Positions 42,459 to 51,799 of a DNA stretch of 64,000 nt are shown here, piece after piece (the first letter of the stretch is position 1; every line of letters starts with the position of its first letter). The DNA comes from Solobacterium sp. UBA1761 (GTDB lineage: Bacteria > Bacillota_I > Bacilli_A > Erysipelotrichales > Erysipelotrichaceae): assembly GCA_002315565.1 (NCBI GenBank), contig DCHD01000002.1, positions 17,116-81,115 of the forward strand, given 5' to 3'. Made by a program: the position numbers and the translations under genes. The notes beneath the pieces were generated by a model, which ran no database searches, was not told the origin of the DNA, and was given only the letters and a program-made list of their open reading frames with translations.

Positions 42459-43272
42459 CTTTGAAAAATATATTACTGATTACTTTAACAGATTCAGTGA
42501 CAATCAGGTAACTTCAGCAATGAAATATATGATGGATGGCGGTAAAAGAATACGTCCTGAAATCATCTTTTCTGTTGTCAAAGGCTATGGCATAAATGAA
42601 GAAGAAGCCTATCCATGTGCACTGGCTTTAGAAATGATTCAGACATATTCTTTGATTCATGATGATCTTCCAGCCATGGATGATGATGATATGCGAAGAG
42701 GCAAACCATCATGTCATAAGGCATATCGTGAAGACGTTGCAATTCTGGCAGGTGATGCTTTACTTACACACTCTTTTGGTGTAATTGCTGAAAGCAGTTA
42801 TAAGCCAGAAGTAAAAGCCAGAATGATTGCTGCCATGTCAAAATATGCCGGAATGTCAGGAATGATTTATGGGCAACTGCTTGACTGTACAGAAGAAGTT
42901 GAAAAGACAAGAAAAGGTCTTGTAGAAATACAGGATAACAAAACAGGTGGACTGTTTAAAATCGCCTGTCTTTTTGCCGGCTATATTGCGGGTATAAATG
43001 ATGAAGAATCGCTTATCAGACTTGGCAGTCTTATCGGAATAATCTTTCAGAATCAGGATGATCTTTTTGACGCAACAAAGACAAGCCTTGAACAGGGCAA
43101 ATCATATTCAAAGAAAGATCAGAACAAGTTTACTGCTTTGAGTGTATATTCTGTTGAAGAGCTCAAAGAAGAAATTGAAAAAGAATTCAAAGAACTTTAC
43201 AGTATTGTAAATACACTTAAATTTGATGTTGTATATCTTAATGAAATTCTAGAAAGAATAAAGAAAAGATAG
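42448..43272 (+). CDS. ispA: Farnesyl/geranyl diphosphate synthase (polyprenyl synthetase)
   Basis: First DDxxD motif LIHDDLPAMDDDDMRRG and second motif QNQDDLFD. Start set at ATG 42448 (GGAG SD), overlapping the xseB end. Confidence 0.9.
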   Translation: MNSNFEKYITDYFNRFSDNQVTSAMKYMMDGGKRIRPEIIFSVVKGYGINEEEAYPCALALEMIQTYSLIHDDLPAMDDDDMRRGKPSCHKAYREDVAILAGDALLTHSFGVIAESSYKPEVKARMIAAMSKYAGMSGMIYGQLLDCTEEVEKTRKGLVEIQDNKTGGLFKIACLFAGYIAGINDEESLIRLGSLIGIIFQNQDDLFDATKTSLEQGKSYSKKDQNKFTALSVYSVEELKEEIEKEFKELYSIVNTLKFDVVYLNEILERIKKR

Positions 43273-43274
43273 AA

Positions 43275-45140
43275 ATGAAAATAGAAGATATTAAAAATCC
43301 TGATTTTCTGAAAACATTGTCAGTTGAAGAACTGAACGCTCTTTCTGGTGACATCAGGAAGTTTTTAATTGAGTCGGTTTCAAAGACTGGAGGTCATCTT
43401 TCAAGCAATCTTGGTATTGTTGAACTGACGGTTGCGTTACATTATGTGTTCAACTGTCCAAGAGACCGCTTTTTGTTCGATGTAGGACATCAATCCTATA
43501 TTCATAAGATTCTTACTGGTCGTGCAGACAAAATGTCTACACTTAGACAATTTGGGGGTCTATCTGGCTTTATTAAAAGAAATGAAAGCGAATATGACTG
43601 TTTTGAAGCAGGGCATTCATCAACTTCCTTAAGTGCGGCTTTAGGTATGGCGGTTGCCAGAGACTTAAAGGGTGAGCATTATGACATCGTGCCAATAGTA
43701 GGCGATGGTGCTTTGATGTCTGGACTTTCATTGGAAGCACTCAATCAGATAGGCTATGAGAAAAAGAAAGTCATAATTGTCTTCAATGACAATAATATGT
43801 CTATTTCCAAGAATGTCGGGGCATTGTCCAAATCATTCGCTAAGCTCAGATCAAGTGCTTACTATAATGAACTTAAATCTGATGTCAAAGACGCGCTTAA
43901 AACCAAGAAGTTAGGCAACTTCTTTATAAAGGGTGTTCACAACTTCAAAGAGTCTATTAAAAAATCAGTTGTCGATTCCGGTGTTTTTGGTGAATTCGGA
44001 ATTGAATATCTTGGCCCGATTGACGGATACGATATGAACACTCTGATCAACGCATTCAGAACTGCCCAGGCCGAAAACGGACCTATAGTAGTGCATGTAA
44101 TTACTCAGAAAGGTAAAGGTTATAAGTATACAGAACAGGATAAAAACGGCACCTGGCACGGAGTAGGCAAATTCGATGTTGAAACAGGAAGATTTTTAAG
44201 CAGCGTACCAGCCGGCTATAAATCATACAGTGAAATGGTATCTGATGAAGTGCTTTACAATATGGATAAACGTAAAGATATTGTTGCGCTTACTCCTGCA
44301 ATGATATCTGGAAGCAAGATGGCAAAGATATTTGCCAAATATCCTACACGCAGTTTTGACTGCGGTATTGCTGAAGATCATGCGCTTGAATTTGCTGCCG
44401 GTCTTGCGTTAAATGGCATGCATCCTTTTGTTGCAATCTATTCATCATTCCTGCAGCGTGCATATGACCAGCTTAACCATGACCTTTGCCGTATGGATCT
44501 GCCTGTAGTATTGGGTCTTGACAGAAGTGGACTGGTTGGTGAAGACGGTGATACACATCACGGTGTATTTGACATAAGCTTTATGAAATCTCTTCCAAAT
44601 ATGATTATTGCTGAAGGAAAAGATGCCAAAGAAACAGGTAATCTTATTTATACTGCATTCAATACACCTCATCCTTTCGCCATCAGATATCCAAGAGGCA
44701 ACGTTAAAAATAAAGAAAATGAAGAAAATTCACTAATTGAAGTAGGAAAATGGACAGTTGAGTACAATAATGATAGTACAAGGGCCATCATCATTACTTA
44801 TGGAAATGATGTTGATGAACTTGTAAAACTTGTTTGTGAAAATTCATTGAACTATGAAATAGTCAATGCGCGTTTCATTAAACCAATGGATTCAGACATG
44901 CTGTGTTATATAGCTGAAAGAGATGTTCCGGTATATGTTTATACCTGCGATATGCTTTCGGGCGGACTGGCTGAAGAAATCCTTTCTTTCTATAATAAGA
45001 AGGGAATGGATGTAAATCTGAAATCTGTCGGTATCCCGGATACTTATGTTCCTCAGGGAACTGTTGCTCAGCTTAAGGAGTATCTTGGTATTGATCTGAA
45101 AACATTCTTAGAACAGGTAGAAAAGGATTTAAATGCTTAA
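43275..45140 (+). CDS. dxs: 1-deoxy-D-xylulose-5-phosphate synthase
   Basis: GGHLSSNLG, GHQSYIHKILTGR, and TPP motif GDGALMSG..NDN. Confidence 0.95.
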   Translation: MKIEDIKNPDFLKTLSVEELNALSGDIRKFLIESVSKTGGHLSSNLGIVELTVALHYVFNCPRDRFLFDVGHQSYIHKILTGRADKMSTLRQFGGLSGFIKRNESEYDCFEAGHSSTSLSAALGMAVARDLKGEHYDIVPIVGDGALMSGLSLEALNQIGYEKKKVIIVFNDNNMSISKNVGALSKSFAKLRSSAYYNELKSDVKDALKTKKLGNFFIKGVHNFKESIKKSVVDSGVFGEFGIEYLGPIDGYDMNTLINAFRTAQAENGPIVVHVITQKGKGYKYTEQDKNGTWHGVGKFDVETGRFLSSVPAGYKSYSEMVSDEVLYNMDKRKDIVALTPAMISGSKMAKIFAKYPTRSFDCGIAEDHALEFAAGLALNGMHPFVAIYSSFLQRAYDQLNHDLCRMDLPVVLGLDRSGLVGEDGDTHHGVFDISFMKSLPNMIIAEGKDAKETGNLIYTAFNTPHPFAIRYPRGNVKNKENEENSLIEVGKWTVEYNNDSTRAIIITYGNDVDELVKLVCENSLNYEIVNARFIKPMDSDMLCYIAERDVPVYVYTCDMLSGGLAEEILSFYNKKGMDVNLKSVGIPDTYVPQGTVAQLKEYLGIDLKTFLEQVEKDLNA

Positions 45141-46785
45141 AAGTCTACATATTCAGTCATATGCGATTATTGATGATCTGACTATCGATTTCGATAGAGG
45201 TTTTAATGTCTTTACAGGTGAAACCGGTGCCGGAAAATCAATTATTATCGGTGCTCTTTCTTTTCTTTCCGATAAAAGGGCAGATACATCTGTAATCAAG
45301 TCAAATGCCAATAAAGCAGTTATTGAAGGTGTATTTTCAATTGAAGACAAAGATGTTCATCTTAAAGAGATACTTGATGAAGCACTGATAGATTATGACA
45401 ATGAGCTTATAGTCAAAAGAGTTATATCACGCGATTCAAACAGTACAATAAAGGTTAACGGTTCTACTGTTACACTTTCTTTTCTTGATGAACTGCTTAC
45501 TCCGCTGATTGATATCCATTCACAGAAAGATTCTCAGTATCTTTTCAATAAGAAGAATCATCTTATACTGTTGGACAGATATATGAACAACGGTTCACTT
45601 ATTAATGAATATAAAGATGCATACAAAGAATACAGAAAACTAAACAACGAATATAACGAACTGAAGAATTCAACATATTCTGAATCAGATCTTGAATATA
45701 TTACTTTTGAACTTGATGAAATCAGGAAAGCTGACCTTACAAGTGAAGAAGAAAGTGACCTTATCAATAAAGAGAAGAAATACAGGATGATGGAAAAGTA
45801 TATTACTAATCTGTCTGGTGCTGTTGAACTTTATAATGGCTATGAAGGCATTAAAGAAAAAATTCAGTCTCTTGTTAAGGTTATGGATATAGATGACGAG
45901 ACAATACAGAATGAAAGAAAAGCCATTGAATCACTTTACTATGATATTGATGACCATATGTCAAACATTGAAAAGATTTATTCTTCTTTAGATGATGGTG
46001 AAATGAATATTGAAGTAATAGAGGAAAGACTTTTCGTTTACTCCAAACTTAAAAGAAAATACAGTAAGGATACAGATGAACTGAATGCTTTTGCCAATGA
46101 ACTGGAAGAAAGAATAAATTCCTATAAAGACAGAGATGCTATATTGGAAAACAAACTGAAGGCCTTAAATAAGGCAAAAGAAACAGTTTTAACAATCGGC
46201 AATAAACTGAGCGAAGAAAGAAGAAACAGGGCACTGAGCTTAGAAAAAGAGGTTGTTCTGCAGGCAAAAGACCTATTACTTCCGGATACTGATTTCAGAA
46301 TCATGTTCAATGAAAAAGAACCTGATGAAACAGGTATCGATGATGTAGAATTCTATCTTTCACTTAATAAAGGTGAAGATATTAAACCGCTTAAGAATAT
46401 TGCTTCAGGTGGTGAAATATCCCGAATCATGCTGGCACTGAAGATTATCTTCTCCAGACTTTCAGATACAAAACTTATTGTCTTCGATGAAATCGATACG
46501 GGAGTATCTGGCAAAGCTGCTTTATCAATCGGTTCAAAAATGTCACTTATTTCTAAAGACCTTGAAGTTATCGCAATCAGTCATCTTGCTCCGGTTGCGG
46601 CTTTTGCTGATCATCATTATTACATCTATAAACAGGTTGTTAATGAAAATACAGCAACTTCAGTAAGAAAACTGGATACATCAGATATCTTTAAGGAGCT
46701 TTCATTAATGTCCACCGGTTCTGTTACCGAAGAATCATACATCAATGCAAAGGCGCTTTATGAAAAGTGCCAGTCATTAAAATGA
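45133..46785 (+). CDS. recN: DNA repair protein RecN
   Basis: Walker A GETGAGKSIIIGAL, a long coiled-coil, signature ASGGEISR, and Walker B LIVFDEIDTG. Confidence 0.95.
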   Translation: MLKSLHIQSYAIIDDLTIDFDRGFNVFTGETGAGKSIIIGALSFLSDKRADTSVIKSNANKAVIEGVFSIEDKDVHLKEILDEALIDYDNELIVKRVISRDSNSTIKVNGSTVTLSFLDELLTPLIDIHSQKDSQYLFNKKNHLILLDRYMNNGSLINEYKDAYKEYRKLNNEYNELKNSTYSESDLEYITFELDEIRKADLTSEEESDLINKEKKYRMMEKYITNLSGAVELYNGYEGIKEKIQSLVKVMDIDDETIQNERKAIESLYYDIDDHMSNIEKIYSSLDDGEMNIEVIEERLFVYSKLKRKYSKDTDELNAFANELEERINSYKDRDAILENKLKALNKAKETVLTIGNKLSEERRNRALSLEKEVVLQAKDLLLPDTDFRIMFNEKEPDETGIDDVEFYLSLNKGEDIKPLKNIASGGEISRIMLALKIIFSRLSDTKLIVFDEIDTGVSGKAALSIGSKMSLISKDLEVIAISHLAPVAAFADHHYYIYKQVVNENTATSVRKLDTSDIFKELSLMSTGSVTEESYINAKALYEKCQSLK

Positions 46786-47684
46786 GAATAGATTCAGCAA
46801 TAAATGAATATATTCTGTCTTTATCCATCAATGATGGAAAAGCTGATAATACTGTCAAATCATACACAAGAGACCTTCAGATTTATCAGAACTATCTTGA
46901 AGATAAAAACTATCTCAATCTGAAAGAAATAAATCCGGCTGTAATAAACGGGTTTCTTTCTTATGCAGGTAAAAAATATTCGAATGCATCTGTAAACAGG
47001 CTGAAAACTGTTGTCAGAAGTTTTCATAGCTATCTGAATTTCAAATATGGTCTTTCTGATCCGAGTGAAAATATTGAAGTTCATAAGACTTCAAAAAGAT
47101 TACCTGTTTTCTGTACTAAAGACGAAGTCGAAAGACTTATGAAAACTTTCTTAGACAGTAATGAAGAAATATTTGATCACGCACTTATTGAATGTATTTA
47201 TGGCTGCGGATTAAGAGTATCAGAATGTACCGGACTTAAAATATCACAGGTAAATCTTGAAGACGGTTTCCTTAAAGTACTTGGAAAGGGATCCAAAGAA
47301 AGAATTGTACCTGTTCCATACCAGACTAAAGAAATAATGAAGACTTATTTCATTAATGTACGTCCATTATGGCTCAATACAAGAAATACTTCGTTTTTTA
47401 TCAATAAACAGGGAAGAAGTACTTATCCCAGATATGTAGAAGAAATGCTTAAAAGACACGTCGCAATGGCTGATATCTCAAAAGATATTACTCCTCATAA
47501 ATTAAGACACTCTTATGCGACACACTTGCTAGAAGGGGGATCTGATTTAAGAAGTATACAGGAACTATTAGGACATTCTGATATATCAACTACAGAAATA
47601 TATACACATGTTCAAACAGAAAGACTGAAAGAAAATTATCTGAAGTATCATCCGCTAGGTGATAACGTAAAACTTAAGAAATAG
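46782..47684 (+). CDS. xerD: Tyrosine site-specific recombinase XerD (XerC/D family)
   Basis: N-terminal SAM-like domain. GLRVSE, HKLRHSYATHLLEGGSDLRSIQELLGHSDISTTEIYTHV with the catalytic Tyr. ATGA overlap with the recN stop. Confidence 0.88.
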   Translation: MRIDSAINEYILSLSINDGKADNTVKSYTRDLQIYQNYLEDKNYLNLKEINPAVINGFLSYAGKKYSNASVNRLKTVVRSFHSYLNFKYGLSDPSENIEVHKTSKRLPVFCTKDEVERLMKTFLDSNEEIFDHALIECIYGCGLRVSECTGLKISQVNLEDGFLKVLGKGSKERIVPVPYQTKEIMKTYFINVRPLWLNTRNTSFFINKQGRSTYPRYVEEMLKRHVAMADISKDITPHKLRHSYATHLLEGGSDLRSIQELLGHSDISTTEIYTHVQTERLKENYLKYHPLGDNVKLKK

Positions 47685-47718
47685 GGTAAAATATTATTGT
47701 TGAAAGGTAAAAACTAAT

Positions 47719-48906
47719 ATGAAAAAAAGAAGAGTATTCGTTGTAGTTATTGATTCCTTAGGAGTAGGAAGCGAACCAGAATCTTACAAATATGGTGATG
47801 ATGGATCAAACACACTTTCTCACATATTCTCTGCAACAGATGGTAAATATCAGATTCCTGAACTTGCCAAACTCGGCATGTGCAATCTGACAGAAGTTAA
47901 AGGTAATCCTGCAGTTGATAAACCACAGGCATATTATCTGAAAATGACTGAAAAATCAGTCGGAAAAGACACGATGACAGGACACTGGGAAATGATGGGT
48001 GTATATACCACTAAACCATCAGTAACCTTTACTGATACCGGTTTCCCTAAAGAACTTATTGATGAACTTGAAAGAAGAACAGGATACAAGTATATAGGCA
48101 ACTGTGCAGCAAGTGGAACAGAGATCATTGCTGAACTTGGCGAAAGACAGTTAAAGACTAAAGAAATGATTATCTATACATCTGCTGACTCAGTGCTTCA
48201 GATTGCAGCACATGAAGGAACATTTGGTATTGATGAAATATACAGAGTATGTTCAGAAGCAAGAAAGATGTGTTCTGAAAATCCTGACTGGATGGTAGGA
48301 AGAATTATCGCAAGACCATATATCGGAACCGATAAATCAAATTTCGAAAGAACAGCAAACAGACATGACTATGCGCTGTCTCCAACTGATAGAACTACTC
48401 TTGAAGTATTGAAAGAAGAGGGGTATGACGTTATCTCTGTCGGAAAGATCAACGATATCTTCAATACAGTCGGCATAACAAAAGCAATCAAATCAAAATC
48501 AAGCCATGAAGGTTTAAGACAGACTATTGATGTAGCAAAAGAAGATTTCAATGGTATCTGTTTTACAAATCTTGTTGACTTTGATGCCAAGTGGGGTCAC
48601 AGAAGAAATCCGGTAGGGTATGCTGAAGAACTCGTTGACTTCGATAATAATCTGAAAGATCTGATTGAAGCGCTTAGAGAAGATGATGTTCTGATGATTA
48701 CCGCAGACCATGGTAACGATCCAACCTGGACAGGTACAGACCACACAAGAGAAAGAGTACCACTCATTGTCTATTCAAAGAGTTTCAAAGAGCCTAAAGA
48801 ACTTGAAACAACTGATTCATTCGCTACAATCGGTGCGACGATTGCAGATATGTTTGAAGTTGAAGCACCACATATCGGAACAAGCATCTATAACAAACTT
48901 AAATAA
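47719..48906 (+). CDS. deoB: Phosphopentomutase
   Basis: [19 protein letters not shown] and TADHGNDPT motifs. Confidence 0.95.
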   Translation: MKKRRVFVVVIDSLGVGSEPESYKYGDDGSNTLSHIFSATDGKYQIPELAKLGMCNLTEVKGNPAVDKPQAYYLKMTEKSVGKDTMTGHWEMMGVYTTKPSVTFTDTGFPKELIDELERRTGYKYIGNCAASGTEIIAELGERQLKTKEMIIYTSADSVLQIAAHEGTFGIDEIYRVCSEARKMCSENPDWMVGRIIARPYIGTDKSNFERTANRHDYALSPTDRTTLEVLKEEGYDVISVGKINDIFNTVGITKAIKSKSSHEGLRQTIDVAKEDFNGICFTNLVDFDAKWGHRRNPVGYAEELVDFDNNLKDLIEALREDDVLMITADHGNDPTWTGTDHTRERVPLIVYSKSFKEPKELETTDSFATIGATIADMFEVEAPHIGTSIYNKLK

Positions 48907-48927
48907 GCCATCTCAAGATGGCTTTTT
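48906..48927 (+). terminator. Intrinsic terminator after deoB
   Basis: AGCCATC-TCAA-GATGGCT followed by TTTT. Confidence 0.8.
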
Positions 48928-48998
48928 AAATATAAACAACTATTTATAGAAGCGTTTATATTCCAAATAATAAAATAGAAATATGGAGGATTTTTAGA

Positions 48999-49697
48999 AT
49001 GAAAAAATTATTCGTAACTTTACTTTGCGTATTATGCGCATTAACTCTTGTTGGCTGTACTTCAAAAGTTGAAGAACCAGTAGAAGAAGTTAAAGAGCCT
49101 GTTGCTGCAACTGGTACTTACACAGTTTACAACATGACTGGTGCTCTTGTTACTGAACTTTACTTATATGAAGCAGGTGCTGCTGAAAAGGGCGAAAACC
49201 TGGCAGGTGAAGGTTTAAAGAACACTAAGAGCGTTACTTTAACTTATGAAGGAACTGAAGAGACTGTATTATGCCTTGAATTCAACTATGAAGGCGGCGA
49301 AGCTCAGAAGTTTGAAACTCTTCACATTGAAGAAGCTCCAATCACTTTAAAGTCAGTTGATGAAGCTGCTGGTGCTACTGCAATCGCATTCGCACAGCCT
49401 GAAGGAACTGGTCATTATGCAATCACCAACAACACTGGTGCTGATGTTACTGAACTTTATATGTATGCTGAAGGTTCAGAAGACAAGGGTACTAACTATG
49501 CTGAAACAGCAATTGCTAACGGTGCTTCTTATGATCTAGAATTCAATGGCAAATATGGTGTTAACTATGTTCTTGAATGGGTAGCTGGAAGCGATGAAGC
49601 TAGAAACTTCCCAACTCTGCACATTGAAGATGCATCTATCGAATTACTTTCAATCGATGCTGCTGCTGGTGCAACAAACATCAAATTCGGTTGGTAA
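48999..49697 (+). CDS. Lipoprotein of unknown function with two tandem ~94-aa repeats
   Basis: Lipobox LTLVGC at Cys20 and a GGAGG SD. Repeats at 49110-49391 and 49407-49688 (TGTYTVYNMTGALVTELYLYE... versus TGHYAITNNTGADVTELYMYA...). Confidence 0.8.
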   Translation: MKKLFVTLLCVLCALTLVGCTSKVEEPVEEVKEPVAATGTYTVYNMTGALVTELYLYEAGAAEKGENLAGEGLKNTKSVTLTYEGTEETVLCLEFNYEGGEAQKFETLHIEEAPITLKSVDEAAGATAIAFAQPEGTGHYAITNNTGADVTELYMYAEGSEDKGTNYAETAIANGASYDLEFNGKYGVNYVLEWVAGSDEARNFPTLHIEDASIELLSIDAAAGATNIKFGW

Positions 49698-49743
49698 TAA
49701 CTAAAGATTGTCAAACCATCAGGTTTACAATAAACGAGCTAAG

Positions 49744-49775
49744 AGGGAAGCAGTATAACTGCTTCTTTCTTTTTG
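49744..49775 (+). terminator. Intrinsic terminator after the lipoprotein gene
   Basis: GAAGCAG-TATAA-CTGCTTC followed by TTTCTTTTTG. Confidence 0.75.
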
Positions 49776-49834
49776 TTTGTTTTCTATATAATTAATTTAT
49801 ATAGTTAATTACTCATTAAAATTACATAATTAAT

Positions 49835-49862
49835 AAATCGCATAACATACATTATGCGAAAT
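49835..49862 (+). other. Candidate dif (XerC/XerD chromosome dimer resolution) site
   Basis: AAATCGCATAA-CATACA-TTATGCGAAAT has the 11-6-11 dif architecture. Against E. coli dif GGTGCGCATAA-TGTATA-TTATGTTAAAT (from memory), the XerD arm matches 9/11 and the inner XerC arm CGCATAA matches 7/7. Confidence 0.55.
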
Positions 49863-49905
49863 ATAATATATAAGAGAAGAATATAGATAAAAGTATAAAT
49901 ATTCA

Positions 49906-49943
49906 ATCTGATTAATATATATCTGATTGTTTCAAATCTGCAT
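49906..49943 (+). repeat. Three direct ATCTG(A/C)(T/A)T repeats at exact 15-bp spacing
   Basis: ATCTGATT at 49906 and 49921; ATCTGCAT at 49936. An inverted copy ATGCAGAT at 49978-49985 brackets a TATAAT at 49961-49966. Confidence 0.6.
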
Positions 49944-50002
49944 CCAGAAATGAATTAATGTATAATTCCCTGTGTGAATGCAGATATGAAGAAGTAATTG
50001 TG

Positions 50003-50011
50003 TGCTATTAT
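50003..50011 (+). promoter_or_regulatory. Extended -10 (TGcTATTAT) 7 nt before ATG 50019; candidate leaderless promoter
   Basis: TGCTATTAT-TTTAAAG-ATG. No SD. Confidence 0.4.
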
Positions 50012-50018
50012 TTTAAAG

Positions 50019-50978
50019 ATGAAAAAATCTGTTAACCGTAAAGAAACTTCAAAACGTAATCCTAAGGACGATAAACCTAAAATTGTATATACAAAATCTT
50101 TTAAGGTTGCTCGTTCCGATACCTTGCTGGAGTTTCTTTTAAATAAGATGGATCTTTCAAGGAATTCAACCAAATCATTGTTAGGTTCAAAAAAGATATT
50201 GGTGAATGGGGCGGTTGTTACACAGTTTGACTACCCTCTTGCCAAGGATGATGAAGTCAAAATAGCCAAGAATCCGGTAAGTACCCTTCCAAATCGTCGT
50301 TCTAAGGCCCAAAATATCCAAAATAAGCCAAATCCTATAAAAGAATGTGTCATTTATGAAGATGATGTATTTATCGCCATAAACAAGCCAAATGGCCTTT
50401 TATCTGTTCAGTCAGACAATGATACTGAATCAGCATATAAATATGTTGAAGAACTTCTCAAAGCCAGAGATCCAAAACTCAGGCCTTATGTATTACACAG
50501 AATTGATAAAGAAACATCTGGTGTGCTGGTATTTGCCAAAGACATAAAGATTCATTCAATGCTGAAAATGCATTGGAATGATGACATTAAAATGCGTGAA
50601 TACTACGCTGTAATCAATGGCAAAATGGATGAAAAAAACGGCATAATCAAGACTTATCTTAAAGAAAATGAAAACAACATGGTCTATGTTGCAAAATCAG
50701 GTAAGCTTGCTGTTACAAATTATGAGACTGTAAAGTCAAACGGACAGTATTCCCTTCTTAAGGTAGAAATTGATACCGGAAGAAAGAATCAGATCCGTGT
50801 ACATCTGAGTCATATGGGACATCCGATTGTCGGTGATGATAAATATGGTGATGGTGTATCTCCAATAATGAGACTTGGATTACACGCATCAAGATTAAGT
50901 TTCATTCATCCTTTAAAAAAGGAACTGATTACCCTATCAGCGCCAGTTCCTAAAGAATTCAATAATCTATTTAAATAA
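50019..50978 (+). CDS. RluA-family pseudouridine synthase with a basic N-terminal tail and S4-like domain
   Basis: Catalytic HRIDKETSGVLVFAK and TGRKNQIRVH. Start set at ATG 50019 (MKKSVNRKETSK); the track's TTG 49998 sits in the promoter region. Confidence 0.85.
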   Translation: MKKSVNRKETSKRNPKDDKPKIVYTKSFKVARSDTLLEFLLNKMDLSRNSTKSLLGSKKILVNGAVVTQFDYPLAKDDEVKIAKNPVSTLPNRRSKAQNIQNKPNPIKECVIYEDDVFIAINKPNGLLSVQSDNDTESAYKYVEELLKARDPKLRPYVLHRIDKETSGVLVFAKDIKIHSMLKMHWNDDIKMREYYAVINGKMDEKNGIIKTYLKENENNMVYVAKSGKLAVTNYETVKSNGQYSLLKVEIDTGRKNQIRVHLSHMGHPIVGDDKYGDGVSPIMRLGLHASRLSFIHPLKKELITLSAPVPKEFNNLFK

Positions 50979-51219
50979 TATTTGAGAACTGATCAAACGT
51001 AAACCCACGTTCACTCAGTTCTTTTTTCATCTGATTCATAAGCTCTCTGTTATGTTCAGAAATGTCTTTTTCATTATTATGCAAATCATTATAGAGAGTT
51101 ATAAGATCTGCATCTTTCATCTGTTTAAGTGTTTCGGCAAGATATTTCAGGTCAGATTTGCTCCATTTACTTTCTGATATGAAATCGTGAAAGTTAAAAT
51201 TAATGTCCAACAAATTCAT
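50971..51219 (-). CDS. Hypothetical small acidic/helical protein (82 aa)
   Basis: ORF only. It overlaps the upstream acetyltransferase gene by 20 nt and the convergent pseudouridine synthase gene by 8 nt. I recognise no motif. Confidence 0.35.
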   Translation of the reverse strand: MNLLDINFNFHDFISESKWSKSDLKYLAETLKQMKDADLITLYNDLHNNEKDISEHNRELMNQMKKELSERGFTFDQFSNII

Positions 51220-51793
51220 TCATGTCCACCTTGTCAAATGCTCTTCTTTCAAAATCGTACTTCAGCATGTGGTCTTCATCACATAACAGATACCAGTTGT
51301 TGTCTATTGGTTCTTTTTTCTCGATTATAACGTTGTTTCCTACTACTACTGAATTATCAGGCACATCTTTATAAACGACCGCATTTGCGCCGATTCTGAC
51401 GTTATTTCCGATATGGATATTTCCGATGATCTTCGCACCTGCACAGATATAGCAGTTATCCCCTATTGTTGGAGCACCGATCTTCTTTGAACCTTTAGTT
51501 ATTACAGTTCCAATTGTAACCTGCTGCATGATTATGCAGTTTTTACCGAATTTTGCGTTTTCAGAAATGAATATTGAGAATATGCCATGGGCAAAATGTG
51601 GCCAGTTGGCAAATGTAGCACCAATTCCTATTGATGAACAGTGCTTTTCACAGTAATAGACAAATACAGTTGCGTATATACCGGAATTGATATGGTTTTT
51701 ATAAAGATATTCATAGAGATCTTTAACGGTTTTAAATCTTAAGAATACAAATATGGATAGTATTTCTTTAATAAAGTTTTTTAATGTAATCAT
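51200..51793 (-). CDS. Left-handed beta-helix (hexapeptide) O-acetyltransferase, serine acetyltransferase-like
   Basis: Hexapeptide repeats IGDNCYICAGAKIIGNIHIGNNVRIGANAVVYKDVPDNSVVVG. Start set at ATG 51793; the track's TTG 51808 reads a -10 box as codons. Confidence 0.75.
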   Translation of the reverse strand: MITLKNFIKEILSIFVFLRFKTVKDLYEYLYKNHINSGIYATVFVYYCEKHCSSIGIGATFANWPHFAHGIFSIFISENAKFGKNCIIMQQVTIGTVITKGSKKIGAPTIGDNCYICAGAKIIGNIHIGNNVRIGANAVVYKDVPDNSVVVGNNVIIEKKEPIDNNWYLLCDEDHMLKYDFERRAFDKVDMNEFVGH

Positions 51794-51799
51794 GAATCT

